From Myxococcota bacterium (lineage in GTDB: Bacteria > Myxococcota_A > UBA9160 > SZUA-336): DNA of 64,000 nt. The notes under the pieces are model-generated. The model ran no database searches and was not told the origin of the DNA. It worked only from the letters and a program-made list of their open reading frames with translations. The stretch is taken from positions 71,321 to 135,320 of the forward strand of contig DATJZP010000061.1 in the NCBI GenBank assembly GCA_035498875.1. Direction: 5' to 3'. This document shows, one piece after another, positions 51,463-62,942 of this stretch. The position numbers and the translations under genes were made by a program. How positions within the stretch are numbered: position 1 is the stretch's first letter; every line of letters begins with the position of its first letter.

Positions 51463-53292
51463 ATGGCCGAGCGATCGCTCGACAGCGCGCGCGAGCTCTC
51501 GCCGCTGCGCAAGACCACGAACGCGCAGAGCGTCGAGGCGCTGGTGCGCGAGCAGCTCCTGCACTTCTCGCTCGACCCGGCGAGCCCGCTGGGGCGCGAG
51601 CTGGCCGAGGTGGCGACTCACGTCTACCGCGCCAACCAGGCCATGCACGGGCTGTGGGACGCCACCGTCGCGCGCCTGGCCGGGCTCGACCGCGGCGACC
51701 GGATCGCGTTCTGGAACGCCAAGCGCTTCCTGTGCTTCCAGCTGGCGAAGCTGCTCGACACGCTGCAGAACCCGATGCGCAAGACCTGGCAGTCGCTCGC
51801 GCCCGAGCGCGGCTCGCCGGCGCAGCGCGGGCCCTACGCCACGTTCGACAACGTGACCGCGATCTTCAGCTCGACCCCGGTCATCACGCGCACCGCGACC
51901 TACCTGTACGCCTGCACCGAGTGGATCGACGACGCCTTCCAGGGGAAGGAGCTCTTGCACGAGATCTACTCGCGGCTCATGAACCCGACCTCGACCTGCC
52001 TCGCGAACTTCATCGTCGACGTCGAGGCCGGCCCGCTCGCCGGCGAGTACTTCGCCTGGAACTTCAACTCGGGCATGGCCGCGATCGACGCCGTGCTCGC
52101 GCACCTGGTCGGTTACCGCGACATCGTGCTGTCGAGCCGCAACGTCTACGGCGGCGCGCACCAGCTGCTCGCCGACTGGTACGGCAAGCGCAGCAACCTG
52201 GACGTGGCGGTGGAGTGGTTCGACGGCTTCGAGGCGCGCGACTTCGAGCTGGCGCTGGCCGAGCTGCGGCTCGTGCACGCCGACCGGCTAGCGCAGGGCC
52301 GACACATCTACGTGTACCTCGAGTCGCCCTGCAACCCGCACGGCTACGTGCTCGACGTGCCCGCGATCTCGCGCGCGGCCCACGCCGCCGGGCTCGAGGT
52401 GATCTGTGACTCGACCGTGGGCACGCCGTTCCTGCACCCGGTGCTGCGCCGCGCCGACCCGCGCGAGCGCCCGGACTTCGTGATCCACTCCTACACCAAG
52501 GACCTGGTCGGCACCGGCACCACCACCGCCGGGGTGGCGATCGCCCGCAACGAGCGCATGTTCCTGCCCAAGGGCAGCCGAGTCACCGTCGACTCGCTCG
52601 CGGGCGGCCGCCAGGAGATCGACTGGAGCGAGACGCTGTTCTGGAACGTGTACTACGTGAAGGGCGCGTTCCTGGACGCCGACAAGGCCTTCGAGGTGAT
52701 CAACGGCATGCGCACGCTCGAGCTGCGCATGCTGCAGAAGTGCATATCCACGGCCACGCTGGCCCGTGCGCTGGCCCGCCACCCCGACATCCGCGTGCAC
52801 TGCAACGCGGTGCCCGGCAACGAGAACCAGAAGCTGGCCGAGCGCGCGCTCACGCTCGGGCTGTCGGCGCCGCTGTTCACGATCTCGTTCGACGCGCCCG
52901 GCAGCGACGCGCCGATCGTGCCGATCGCGGCCTTCAAGCGCTTCTTCGACTGTCTCGAGCCGGCGTTCGGGCTGCAGGTGAGCCTGGGTCAGGTGAACAC
53001 GGTGGTGCTCTGCCCGGCCCAGACGAGTCACTCCGAGCTCTCGCCCGAGGCGCTGCGCGCCGCCGGGATCTCGCCGACCACGATCCGGATCGCGGTCGGC
53101 GACGAGGACCCGCGCGTGCTGCTGGCGCACTTCCAGCGCGCGGCCGAGCTCGCGCTCGACCCGGTCCGGCCGGGTTTCTCGGCGCGCCTTCCCGCTCCCG
53201 ACGAGGTCGACGCGCTCTACCGCGCGATCTACCTCGAGACACACGAGCGCTGGGTGCGCGCGCAGCCCACGATGGCCGAGCTCCTGCGCTAG
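51463..53292 (+). CDS. PLP-dependent Cys/Met-metabolism family enzyme (CGS/OAH-sulfhydrylase-like) with ~170-aa N-terminal extension
   Basis: HSYTKDLVG holds the PLP-Lys. 609 aa is far longer than canonical members (~400 aa). ATG immediately after the VOC stop. Confidence 0.7.
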   Translation: MAERSLDSARELSPLRKTTNAQSVEALVREQLLHFSLDPASPLGRELAEVATHVYRANQAMHGLWDATVARLAGLDRGDRIAFWNAKRFLCFQLAKLLDTLQNPMRKTWQSLAPERGSPAQRGPYATFDNVTAIFSSTPVITRTATYLYACTEWIDDAFQGKELLHEIYSRLMNPTSTCLANFIVDVEAGPLAGEYFAWNFNSGMAAIDAVLAHLVGYRDIVLSSRNVYGGAHQLLADWYGKRSNLDVAVEWFDGFEARDFELALAELRLVHADRLAQGRHIYVYLESPCNPHGYVLDVPAISRAAHAAGLEVICDSTVGTPFLHPVLRRADPRERPDFVIHSYTKDLVGTGTTTAGVAIARNERMFLPKGSRVTVDSLAGGRQEIDWSETLFWNVYYVKGAFLDADKAFEVINGMRTLELRMLQKCISTATLARALARHPDIRVHCNAVPGNENQKLAERALTLGLSAPLFTISFDAPGSDAPIVPIAAFKRFFDCLEPAFGLQVSLGQVNTVVLCPAQTSHSELSPEALRAAGISPTTIRIAVGDEDPRVLLAHFQRAAELALDPVRPGFSARLPAPDEVDALYRAIYLETHERWVRAQPTMAELLR

Positions 53293-53303
53293 TCAGTCAA
53301 AAT

Positions 53304-53385
53304 GGGGCGGGCGGTGAGCTGCTGCCCGTCCGATGCGTCGAGTGTAAAAGGGGCGGGCGGTGAGCTGCTGCCCACCGTCCGCCCC
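53304..53385 (+). repeat. tandem copies of GGGGCGGGCGGTGAGCTGCTGCCC; second copy forms an 11-bp GC hairpin (GGGGCGGGCGG...CCGTCCGCCCC)
   Basis: Copies at 53304-53332 and 53350-53385. Located in the ~280-nt leader between the PLP-enzyme stop and the response-regulator start. Confidence 0.7.
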
Positions 53386-53573
53386 GCGGAGCCACCCTTG
53401 AAACCCGGTTGCTTCGTGGATCGCTCGGGGTGCGAGAGGGAAGGGATTCGTTCTCGCAACCGGCATACAGGTTGCGCTGTTCCGAGGCCTCCCGGAATGC
53501 AAGTTTCCTTGCAGGTAACTTCTTCGTTCGAACCGATCGATCCGTGGTAGGTTTCCGGCGAAGGGGCGGCGCA

Positions 53574-54161
53574 ATGTTCCCACAGCCCGAACGGGTCCTG
53601 ATCGTGGAAGACCACCGGCCGCTGCGGCAGGCGATCGCCCGGGCCAGCCGGGGCTGGGGAGCCGAGGTCCTGGAGGCCGGCACCGTGCGCGAGGGTCAGG
53701 AGCTGCTCGCGCGCCTGCCGGACGTGGTGATCGTGGACGTGGCCCTACCGGACGGCCAGGCGTTGCCGATCGTCGAGGGCGCCGTGGCTCTGAAGCCGGC
53801 CGCCGCGGTGATCGCGATGAGTGGCCAGGCTTCCGCCGAGGAAGCCTTCCAGCTCGCGCGCTCGGGCGCCCGCCGCTATCTGCGCAAGCCGATCTCGCTG
53901 CAGGACCTGACTCGCTCGGTCGAGGAGGCCTTGGCCGATCGACCCAACCTGGGCGCGTTCGTCGCGGCTCACGTCGGCAACACGCCGCTGCGCGAGGTGC
54001 AGGGGGAGGTGCGGCGCGTGATGATCGAGCAGGCCCTGGCCAAGGCCAACAACAGCCGCAGCGGCGCGGCCCGTCTGCTCGACCTGACTCGCCAGGCCGT
54101 GCAGCAGATCGTGCGCGAGCTCGACGCGCACGAGCGCCGCCGCGACCGCGAGTCGAGCTAG
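53574..54161 (+). CDS. response regulator (receiver plus Fis-type HTH, NtrC-family lacking AAA+ domain)
   Basis: RVLIVEDH, VVIVDVALPDG and K. C-terminal Fis-like HTH (NNSRSGAARLLDLTRQAV). ATG at 53574 with a GAAGGGG RBS. Confidence 0.8.
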   Translation: MFPQPERVLIVEDHRPLRQAIARASRGWGAEVLEAGTVREGQELLARLPDVVIVDVALPDGQALPIVEGAVALKPAAAVIAMSGQASAEEAFQLARSGARRYLRKPISLQDLTRSVEEALADRPNLGAFVAAHVGNTPLREVQGEVRRVMIEQALAKANNSRSGAARLLDLTRQAVQQIVRELDAHERRRDRESS

Positions 54162-54183
54162 CGAGGCCGGTCGAGCCGTAGGC

Positions 54184-55089
54184 ATGGGCGGCCTCGCGCT
54201 GTTCTTGCTGGGCGCCTTCGTCGGAGCGATCCCGCCGTTTCTCTTGTCGCGCCGGCTGCTTCAGGCGGTGCGCACACGCCGCCGGCGCGAGCACGCGCTG
54301 CGCGCGGCCGTCCAGGCGCGCATCTGGGAGGACGAGGTCGCAAAGGTGAGTCCCCTGGGCGGTGACTCGCCTCAGCTCGCGCAGCGCCGTCACGAGGCCA
54401 ACAACGCGCTCTCGACCGCACTGCTCTCGGCGCAGTTCCTGTCTGCGCTGGCCTGCGCCAGTGACTCCGAACGCGCGCAGGCCGGCGCCGAGCAGAAGCT
54501 GGCCGCCACCGAGCTGGTCGAGGCGCTGCTGCGCCTGAAGGGCATGCTGGCCGACGCGGGCGCCTCGCAGACCACCACCCCGCCGCGCGCGCCCGGTGTG
54601 GTGGCGGTGCCGCTCTGCGAGCTCGTGACCGCCCGAGCGGCACGCGTGCGCGCGCGCCATCCCCAGGTGGCGATCGAGGTCGTGCTCGCGCGCCCTTCGC
54701 TCGAGCAAGTGCGGGTGCGGATCTGCGCCGGCGCGGAGGGGCTGGCGAGCGTGCTCGACGCGCTGTTCGCGAACGCCTGCGAGGGCGACGGCGTGCGCGG
54801 CGCGCAGCGGCTCCGGCTGCGGATCGGAACCGAGGGCGAGATCGGCGCCGTGTCACTCGAGCTCGAGGACGACGGCCCGGGCTTCACGGCCGCTCAGCTC
54901 GCCGAGCCGCCGCGGCCACTCGGCAGCACGAAGCCCGGCCGGCTCGGCCTGGGCCTCTACACCGTCCAGCACGTGCTGGCCGCCAGCGGCGGCTCGCTGC
55001 GGCGCGAGAACCTGAGCGAAGGCGGCGCTCGAGTGACTGCCTTCTTGCCTGCGGTGTCGAGTGACTCACTGGGAGCTCCGGGTCAGTAA
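54184..55089 (+). CDS. sensor histidine kinase
   Basis: N-terminal TM, H-box RRHEANNALS, and G-boxes EDDGPGF and GRLGLGLY. Length 301 aa. Confidence 0.7.
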   Translation: MGGLALFLLGAFVGAIPPFLLSRRLLQAVRTRRRREHALRAAVQARIWEDEVAKVSPLGGDSPQLAQRRHEANNALSTALLSAQFLSALACASDSERAQAGAEQKLAATELVEALLRLKGMLADAGASQTTTPPRAPGVVAVPLCELVTARAARVRARHPQVAIEVVLARPSLEQVRVRICAGAEGLASVLDALFANACEGDGVRGAQRLRLRIGTEGEIGAVSLELEDDGPGFTAAQLAEPPRPLGSTKPGRLGLGLYTVQHVLAASGGSLRRENLSEGGARVTAFLPAVSSDSLGAPGQ

Positions 55090-56315
55090 ATCGCGCCGGC
55101 GATGGCGGCGGTGAGGAAGCTCGCGAGAGATCCCGCCACCAGCGCGCGCAGCGCGTCGCGGGCCACGTCGCTCCGGCGCTCGGGCGCGATCCCGCCCAGG
55201 CCGCCGATCTGGATCGCGAGCGAGCCGAAGTTCGCGAATCCGCACAGCGCGTAGCTGGCGATCACGATCGAGCGCGGATCGAGCGAGCCCTTGGCCTGCG
55301 ACAGCATGCCGAAGGCGATGAACTCGTTCAGCACGGTCTTCACGCCGAGCAGCTCGCCGATCTTGGCGGCGTCGTGCCAGGGCACGCCCAGGATGAACGC
55401 CAGCGGCGCGAGCGCGCCGCCCAGCACCGACTCGAACGAGGCGTTGGGCGCGCCGACCCACGCGCCCAGCCAGGCCAGGAGCGCGTCGGCCATGTGGATC
55501 AGCGCCACGAACGCGATCAGCATGCCGCCGATGTTGAGCGCGAGCCCGACGCCGTCGATCGCGCCGGTGGCGGCCGCGTCGATCGCGTTCACGGTGGCGC
55601 GCGGCACGTCCACGGGAGTGTCTCCCGAAGTCAGGGGCACGCCTTCCTCGGGCACCATCAGCTTGGCCACGGCCACCGCTGCGGGCGCGGCCATGAAGCT
55701 CGCCGCCACCAGGTGCCCCGCGTAGCTCGGGCCCAGCATCCCCATGTACGCCACCAGCACCGAGCCCGCGACCGTGGCCAGCCCCGCGGTCATCACGCAG
55801 AACAGCTCGCTGCGGGTCAGCGTGGGCACGTAGGCGCGGATCAGGAGCGGCGATTCGGCCATGCCCAGGAAGATCTCGGCGATCACCGCCAGTGACTCGG
55901 CGCCGCTGGTGCGCAGGCTGCGGCGCAGGCCGCGGGCCAGCACCTCGACCACGCGCTGCAACACACCGAAGTGTTGCAGCACGGCGAATACGCTGCTCAT
56001 GAACACGATGATCGGCAGCACCCGGATCGCGAACACGTAGGGCAGCCGCACCGGCTGGCCGCCGGGCCCGAGCACTTCTTCGGGCCAGCGCCCGAACACG
56101 AACTCGATGCCGGCCGTGGCCGCGCTCACGAACGCATCGGCGGCGTCGTTCGCCTTGCCGAACAGCCACGCGCCCCAGGGCGTGCGCAGCACGAACAGCG
56201 CGATCGCGAGCTGCATCGCCAGCGCGATCGCGATCGTCGACCAGCGGATCGCGCGCCGATTGCTCGACAGAAGCCACGCCGCGCCGAGCAGCACGCAGAT
56301 CCCCACCACACTCAT
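55083..56315 (-). CDS. NupC/NupG-type concentrative nucleoside transporter
   Basis: About 12 TM helices with CNT-family conserved stretches (GIEFVFG, NEFIAFGML). ATG at 56315 (MSVVGICVLL). Confidence 0.75.
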   Translation of the reverse strand: MSVVGICVLLGAAWLLSSNRRAIRWSTIAIALAMQLAIALFVLRTPWGAWLFGKANDAADAFVSAATAGIEFVFGRWPEEVLGPGGQPVRLPYVFAIRVLPIIVFMSSVFAVLQHFGVLQRVVEVLARGLRRSLRTSGAESLAVIAEIFLGMAESPLLIRAYVPTLTRSELFCVMTAGLATVAGSVLVAYMGMLGPSYAGHLVAASFMAAPAAVAVAKLMVPEEGVPLTSGDTPVDVPRATVNAIDAAATGAIDGVGLALNIGGMLIAFVALIHMADALLAWLGAWVGAPNASFESVLGGALAPLAFILGVPWHDAAKIGELLGVKTVLNEFIAFGMLSQAKGSLDPRSIVIASYALCGFANFGSLAIQIGGLGGIAPERRSDVARDALRALVAGSLASFLTAAIAGAIY

Positions 56316-56350
56316 CGCGCGTTCCAAGCGCTGCGGACTCCTGGGGGGAG

Positions 56351-56982
56351 CTAGGACTGGAAGCGGCCGCGAAGGTAACGCGTCGCGGCCGCGGGATCCG
56401 GTGCGTCGGCCACGGCCGAGATCACCGCCGCCGCGCGCGCGCCCGCGGCGCGCACCGCCGGCAGGTTCTCGGCGCCGATCCCGCCGATCGCCACCAGCGG
56501 ATGCTCGGCCAGTGACACGGCCTCGCGCAGGCCCTCGAGCCCGCGCGCGCCGTACTCCGAGACCTTCGAGCCGGTGCCGAACACGGGCCCGTAGGCCAGG
56601 TAGTCGATCGGCCGCGCGCGGCTGGCCTCGACCTGCGCGCGCGTGTGAGTCGAGAAGCCGATCAGGAGCCCGCGCGCCTCGGCCGGCAGCTCCTCGGGCG
56701 CGAGGTCGTCCTGACCCAGGTGCACGCCGTCGGCGCCGGCGAGCAGGGCCAGGTCGAAGCGGTCGTTCACGAACAAGAGCGAGCCCGCGGCGCGCGCGCG
56801 CTCGGCCGCCCAGCGCGCCAGCGCCAGCGCCGCGCCATCGGGCGTGTGCTTCAGCCGGAGCTGCAGCACCTCGGCGCCGCCGGCCAGCGCGCCCTCGAGC
56901 TGCGCGCGCACGTCGTTCTTCCAGCGCGGGTCGTCGTCGCAGAGCACGTACACGCCGCGCACGCGCTCGACGCCGGCGCGAG

Positions 56983-56986
<4 letters not shown>
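56351..56986 (-). CDS. thiE: thiamine-phosphate synthase
   Basis: VYVLCDDD, LQLRLKH, VNDRFDLA and IGGIG are TMP-TENI family motifs. Confidence 0.85.
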
Positions 56987-58427
<1,441 letters not shown>

Positions 58428-58431
<4 letters not shown>

Positions 58432-59513
58432 GACGGCTTCCGCAGCGGCAGCTCTACACGCATTCGTGTGCCCATGCCCACACGGCTCGTGACTTGGATC
58501 CGCCCGCCCTGGCGCACGGTCCAGTGCTGGGCGACCGCGAGCCCGAGCCCGGTCCCTTCCTTGCGTCGCGTGAAGAACGGCGTGAACAAGAGCGGCAGGT
58601 CCTCCTCGGGAATGCCCGGTCCGGTGTCTTCCACGTCGACGCGCACCATGCGCGCGCGCTCGGGTCCGACATGCTCCAGGTGATAGGTCGCCTCGATGCG
58701 CGTGCGCAGCGTGAGCGTGCCCTTGCCCGCCATCGCCTGGATCGCGTTCCGCACCAGGTTCAACAGCACCTGCGTGCTGCGGTCCGGATCGAACTCGAAC
58801 TCGGGGATGCTCGGGTCGTACTCGCGCACCACGCGGATGCCGCGCCAGCTCTCGCTCTTGCCGTGCAGCTCGACCAGGTCGTCGATCGCGCGGTGCAGGT
58901 TGGCGCGGCGCGGCCGCAAGTCACCGCCGTGCGTGAGCTGCGCCAGGTCGTCGAGCAGCCGGCGCATGCGCTCGGTCTCGCTGCGGATCAGCTCGGCGTA
59001 GCGCTGCTGGGTTGCGTCTTCCAGCTTGCCCAGGAGCAGCTCGGCGGCGCCGCGGATCCCGCCCAGCGGGTTGCGCAGCTCGTGCGCGATGCCCGCCGCG
59101 AGCTGCGCGAACAGCTCCGAGCGCGCGCGCTGGCCGAGCAGGTCTTCGAGCTCGAGGCCGATCGTGCGGTCGGCGAGCGACAGCACCGCGCCGCGGATCT
59201 CGCGCCCGACGCCGATCGGCGATGCGGTCAGGTCGACGACCAGCGCCCGGCCACCCAGGCGCTCGCGCAGCCGGCAGCCGTGCTCGGCCACCTCGCGGCC
59301 CTCGTTCAGCGCGGCCTCGAGCACCGTGACCGCGGGATGGGTGGGCCCGAGCGTCTCCGAGAGCGGCCGGCCCAGCGTGGCGACGCCCGACAGTCCCAGG
59401 ATCCGGCTGGCCTCGGGGTTCTGCAGCTCGACCCGGCCATCGGCGTCGGCGGCGAGCACCCCCACCCGGAGCGAGCCGAGAACGGCGTCCAGGCGCTCTG
59501 CCGTCTCGCTCAT
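58428..59513 (-). CDS. PAS-domain sensor histidine kinase (NtrB-like, cytoplasmic)
   Basis: PAS N-terminal domain, H-box AHELRNPL, and G-boxes DTGPGI and GTGLGL. Confidence 0.85.
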
Positions 59514-59557
59514 CAGGGGGTTTCCTCTTCATATACTGGGGCTTTCAGGGATCCCGG

Positions 59558-59581
59558 AGCGCGGGTAGGGTGCCCGCGCGA
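59558..59581. repeat. REP-like palindromic element copy 4 (aGCGCGGG-TAGGGTG-CCCGCGCga)
   Basis: Same core and compensating flanks. Lies in the divergent region between the ntrB-like HK and moeA. Confidence 0.8.
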
Positions 59582-59642
59582 TCAACGGAGGGGCTGCCTG
59601 AAATTGCCTAATCTTTGGGCAGACTAACATCGAGGAGGGCCG

Positions 59643-60899
59643 ATGCGCGAGGGGCAGGTCGAAGCGGAGCGGACGTCGGTCGGCGTGGCCGAGGCGCGCG
59701 AGCTGATCCTGGGCGCGGTCGCGCCGCTCGGCACCGAGACGGTCGGGCTGGCCGAGGCCAGCGGCCGGGTACTCGCGGAGTCGATTCGAGCGGGTATCTC
59801 GCTCCCGCCGGCCGACAACTCCGCGATGGACGGCTACGCCGTGCGCGCGGCCGACACCGCCGGCGCGCCGGTGACTCTGCGCATGGGTGAGGACCTGCCC
59901 GCCGGCAAGCGCAGCCAGCGCAAGCTCGTCGCCGGCGAGGCCGCGCGCATCATGACCGGCGCCGCACTGCCCGAGGGCGCGGACGCGGTGGTGATGGTGG
60001 AAGACACAGAGACCGACGGCGCGCGCGTGGTCCTACACAGAAGTGCGTCGCTCGGCCAGCACGTGCGCCGCGCCGGCGAGGACGTGCGGCCCGGCACGCC
60101 GATCGCCGAGCCCGGAGCGGTGCTGCGCGCGCCGCTGGTCGGCATGCTGGCGGCGCTGGGCCGCGCGCTGGTGTCGGTGCGCACGCGCCCGCGCGTGGCC
60201 GTGCTCGCCACCGGCGACGAGCTGGTGGAGCCCGATCGGCTGCGCGACGACGGCCGGATCGCGAGCTCGAATTCCTACGCGCTGTGCGCCGCGCTGCGCG
60301 AGATCGGCGCCGAGCCCGTGTATCTCGGCATCGCGCCCGACGAGCCGGAAGTGATCGCGCAGCGCTTCCGCGCCGCGCTCGCCTGCGACGCGGTGATCTC
60401 GAGCGGCGGTGTCTCGGTCGGCGACCGCGACTGGATCAAGCGGGTGCTGGTGAGCCTGGGCGGCAAGATGCGGCTGTGGCGGATCGCGATGAAGCCCGGC
60501 GCGCCGCTCGCGTTCGTGTGGGTCGACGGCAAGCCCGTGTTCGGGCTGCCCGGAAATCCGGTCTCCACGTTCGTGACCTTCGAGCAGTTCGTGCGGCCGG
60601 CGCTGCTGCGCATGATGGGACACACGAAGATCTTCCGGCCGGTGACTCGCGCGAGGCTCGACGCCGAATACACGAAGCCCGCGGGCCGCGCCCACTTCGT
60701 GCGCGTGGCGCTCGAAGAGCGCGCCGGTGAGTGGTGGGCCACGCAGAGCGGGGAGCAGGGCTCGAACATCCTGTTGTCGCTGGTGCGCGCGGACGGGCTC
60801 GCGTTCGTGCCCGCCGAGGCCACCCGGCTCGCGCGCGGCGAGTCCGTGGCGGTGCAGCGCGTGCACGACGCAGCGCTCGCGGCCGAGCCCGGGATTTGA
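59643..60899 (+). CDS. moeA: molybdopterin molybdotransferase
   Basis: MoeA N-terminal, MoCF-binding and C-terminal domains. GGVSVGDRD motif. Confidence 0.85.
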   Translation: MREGQVEAERTSVGVAEARELILGAVAPLGTETVGLAEASGRVLAESIRAGISLPPADNSAMDGYAVRAADTAGAPVTLRMGEDLPAGKRSQRKLVAGEAARIMTGAALPEGADAVVMVEDTETDGARVVLHRSASLGQHVRRAGEDVRPGTPIAEPGAVLRAPLVGMLAALGRALVSVRTRPRVAVLATGDELVEPDRLRDDGRIASSNSYALCAALREIGAEPVYLGIAPDEPEVIAQRFRAALACDAVISSGGVSVGDRDWIKRVLVSLGGKMRLWRIAMKPGAPLAFVWVDGKPVFGLPGNPVSTFVTFEQFVRPALLRMMGHTKIFRPVTRARLDAEYTKPAGRAHFVRVALEERAGEWWATQSGEQGSNILLSLVRADGLAFVPAEATRLARGESVAVQRVHDAALAAEPGI

Positions 60900-61480
60900 A
60901 GCTCACTCACGTCGAGGCCGCGGTGCTGTGCGGCGGCGCGTCGACGCGCATGGGCCGCGACAAGGCGACGCTCCTCTACGAGGGCGTGCCGCTGGCGCGG
61001 CGCGTCGCCGAGGCGCTGGGCGCGTGCGTCGAGCGCGTCCGGCTCGTGGCCAAGACGCCGCACGAGTCACTGGCCGCGCTCGGCTACGAGCTCGTCGTCG
61101 ACCGCCATCCCGAGGCCGCGGCGATGGTGGGGGTGGCGGCGGCGCTCGCGGCCAGCAGCGCGCCCGCGGTGTTCGTGGCGGCCTGCGACCTGCCGTTCGC
61201 CGACCCGCGCGTGGCGCTGGCGCTCTTGGCGCTCGCGCCGGTCGACGGCGCGGCCGACGTGATCGCGCCCGCGGGTCCGCGCGGCGTCGAGCCGCTGTTC
61301 GCGATCTACCGCACGCGGCTCTTGCCCGAGCTCGAGCGCCGCATCGCGCGCGGCGCGCTCGGCCTGCAAGCGCTGGTGCGCGAGGTCGCAAACCTGGTCG
61401 TTCCCGAGTCCGCGCTGCGCGCGCTCGACCCGACCCTGCGCTCGCTGCGCAACGCGAACTCGCCCGACGATCTGCGGTAG
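60896..61480 (+). CDS. mobA: molybdenum cofactor guanylyltransferase
   Basis: AAVLCGGASTRMGRDKA is the MobA N-terminal GTP-binding motif. TTG start overlaps the moeA stop (TTGA). Confidence 0.75.
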   Translation: MKLTHVEAAVLCGGASTRMGRDKATLLYEGVPLARRVAEALGACVERVRLVAKTPHESLAALGYELVVDRHPEAAAMVGVAAALAASSAPAVFVAACDLPFADPRVALALLALAPVDGAADVIAPAGPRGVEPLFAIYRTRLLPELERRIARGALGLQALVREVANLVVPESALRALDPTLRSLRNANSPDDLR

Positions 61481-61489
61481 GCTGCCGCC

Positions 61490-62935
61490 ATGGCCAACGA
61501 CCTCACCTGGATGGACGCCCTCGGACAAGCGGAGCTCGTGGCGAAGAAGGTGGCCTCGCCGCGCGAGCTCACCGAGGCCGCGATCGCGCGGATCGAGAAG
61601 CTGAACCCGGCGCTGAACGCGGTGGTGACTCCACTGTTCGAGAAGGCGCGCGCGCAGGCCGCGGGTGACTTGCCGAAAGGGCCGTTCCGCGGCGTGCCTT
61701 TCCTGCTGAAGGATTTGATCTGCGCGACGCAGGGCGATCCGCTGTACAGCGGGAACCGGCTGATGAAGGCCATGAACCTGACTCCGCCGATCGACACCAA
61801 CCTGGCGGCGCGCTACCGCGCCGCCGGCCTGGTGTTCCTGGGCAAGACCGCGACGCCCGAGTTCGGACTCACCGCCACCAGCGAGGCGCTGGCCTACGGC
61901 CCGACCAAGAACCCCTGGGACGTGACTCGCTCGCCCGGCGGCTCGAGCGGCGGCTCGGCGGCGGCCGTGGCCTCGGGCATGGTGCCGGCGGCGCACGCGA
62001 ACGACGGCGGGGGCTCGATCCGCATTCCCGCCAGCGCCAACGGGATCGTGGGGCTGAAGACGTCGCGCGGCCGGATCTCGCTCGGCCCGCTGGCCGGCGA
62101 GGGCTGGAACGGCCTGGCCGGCGAGCACGTGGTGTCGCGCACGGTGCGCGACTCGGCGGCGTTTCTGGATGCGACCGAGGGCTACATGGCCGGCGATCCC
62201 TACGCCGCGCCCAAGCCCGAGCGCCCGTTCCTCTCCGAAGTGACTCGCGCGCCGGGCAAGCTGCGCATCGGCTTCATGGAGCGCTCGCCGAGCTGGTCGC
62301 CAGAGCCCCTGCACCCGGACTGCGTGGCGGCGGTGCGCGACGCGGCCAAGCTGCTCGAGTCACTCGGCCACACGCTCGAGACCAAGCACCCGGCGGCGGC
62401 CGACGACGCGGCCGTCGCGAAGACGCTCCACGACATCATCATCGCGCAGACCGCGGCGCTGCTCGCGATCGTCGAGGGCACGGTCGGCCGCCCGATCACA
62501 CCCGACGAGCTCGAGGTCTGGACCTGGGAGCTGTGGCAGCAGGGCAAGAAGATCTCGGCCCTCGACTTCCTGTCGGCGGTCGAGTGGCGCAACGTGCTGT
62601 CGCGCTCGTTCGGTGAGTTCTACGCGTCGGGCTACGACTTGCTCTTGACGCCCACGCTGGGCGCGCCGCCGCTGCCGCTCGGCACGCTTACCTGCGCGAA
62701 GGGCAACTACAAGGCGACCTGGGACAAGCTGCTCGGGTTCATTCCGTTCACGCCGATGCAGAACATCACCGGTGAGCCGGCGATCTCGCTGCCGCTGTAC
62801 TGGAACAAGGCGAATCTGCCGATCGGCGTGCAGCTCGTGGCGCCGTGGGGTCGCGAGGATCTGCTGATCCGCGCGGCGGGACAGCTCGAGCAGGCCCGGC
62901 CGTGGCGCGACCGCCGCCCGCCGGTGCACGCGTGA
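61490..62935 (+). CDS. amidase (amidase-signature family)
   Basis: [12 protein letters not shown] is the AS signature and [10 protein letters not shown] follows. Length 481 aa. Confidence 0.85.
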   Translation: MANDLTWMDALGQAELVAKKVASPRELTEAAIARIEKLNPALNAVVTPLFEKARAQAAGDLPKGPFRGVPFLLKDLICATQGDPLYSGNRLMKAMNLTPPIDTNLAARYRAAGLVFLGKTATPEFGLTATSEALAYGPTKNPWDVTRSPGGSSGGSAAAVASGMVPAAHANDGGGSIRIPASANGIVGLKTSRGRISLGPLAGEGWNGLAGEHVVSRTVRDSAAFLDATEGYMAGDPYAAPKPERPFLSEVTRAPGKLRIGFMERSPSWSPEPLHPDCVAAVRDAAKLLESLGHTLETKHPAAADDAAVAKTLHDIIIAQTAALLAIVEGTVGRPITPDELEVWTWELWQQGKKISALDFLSAVEWRNVLSRSFGEFYASGYDLLLTPTLGAPPLPLGTLTCAKGNYKATWDKLLGFIPFTPMQNITGEPAISLPLYWNKANLPIGVQLVAPWGREDLLIRAAGQLEQARPWRDRRPPVHA

Positions 62936-62942
62936 GCCGGCC

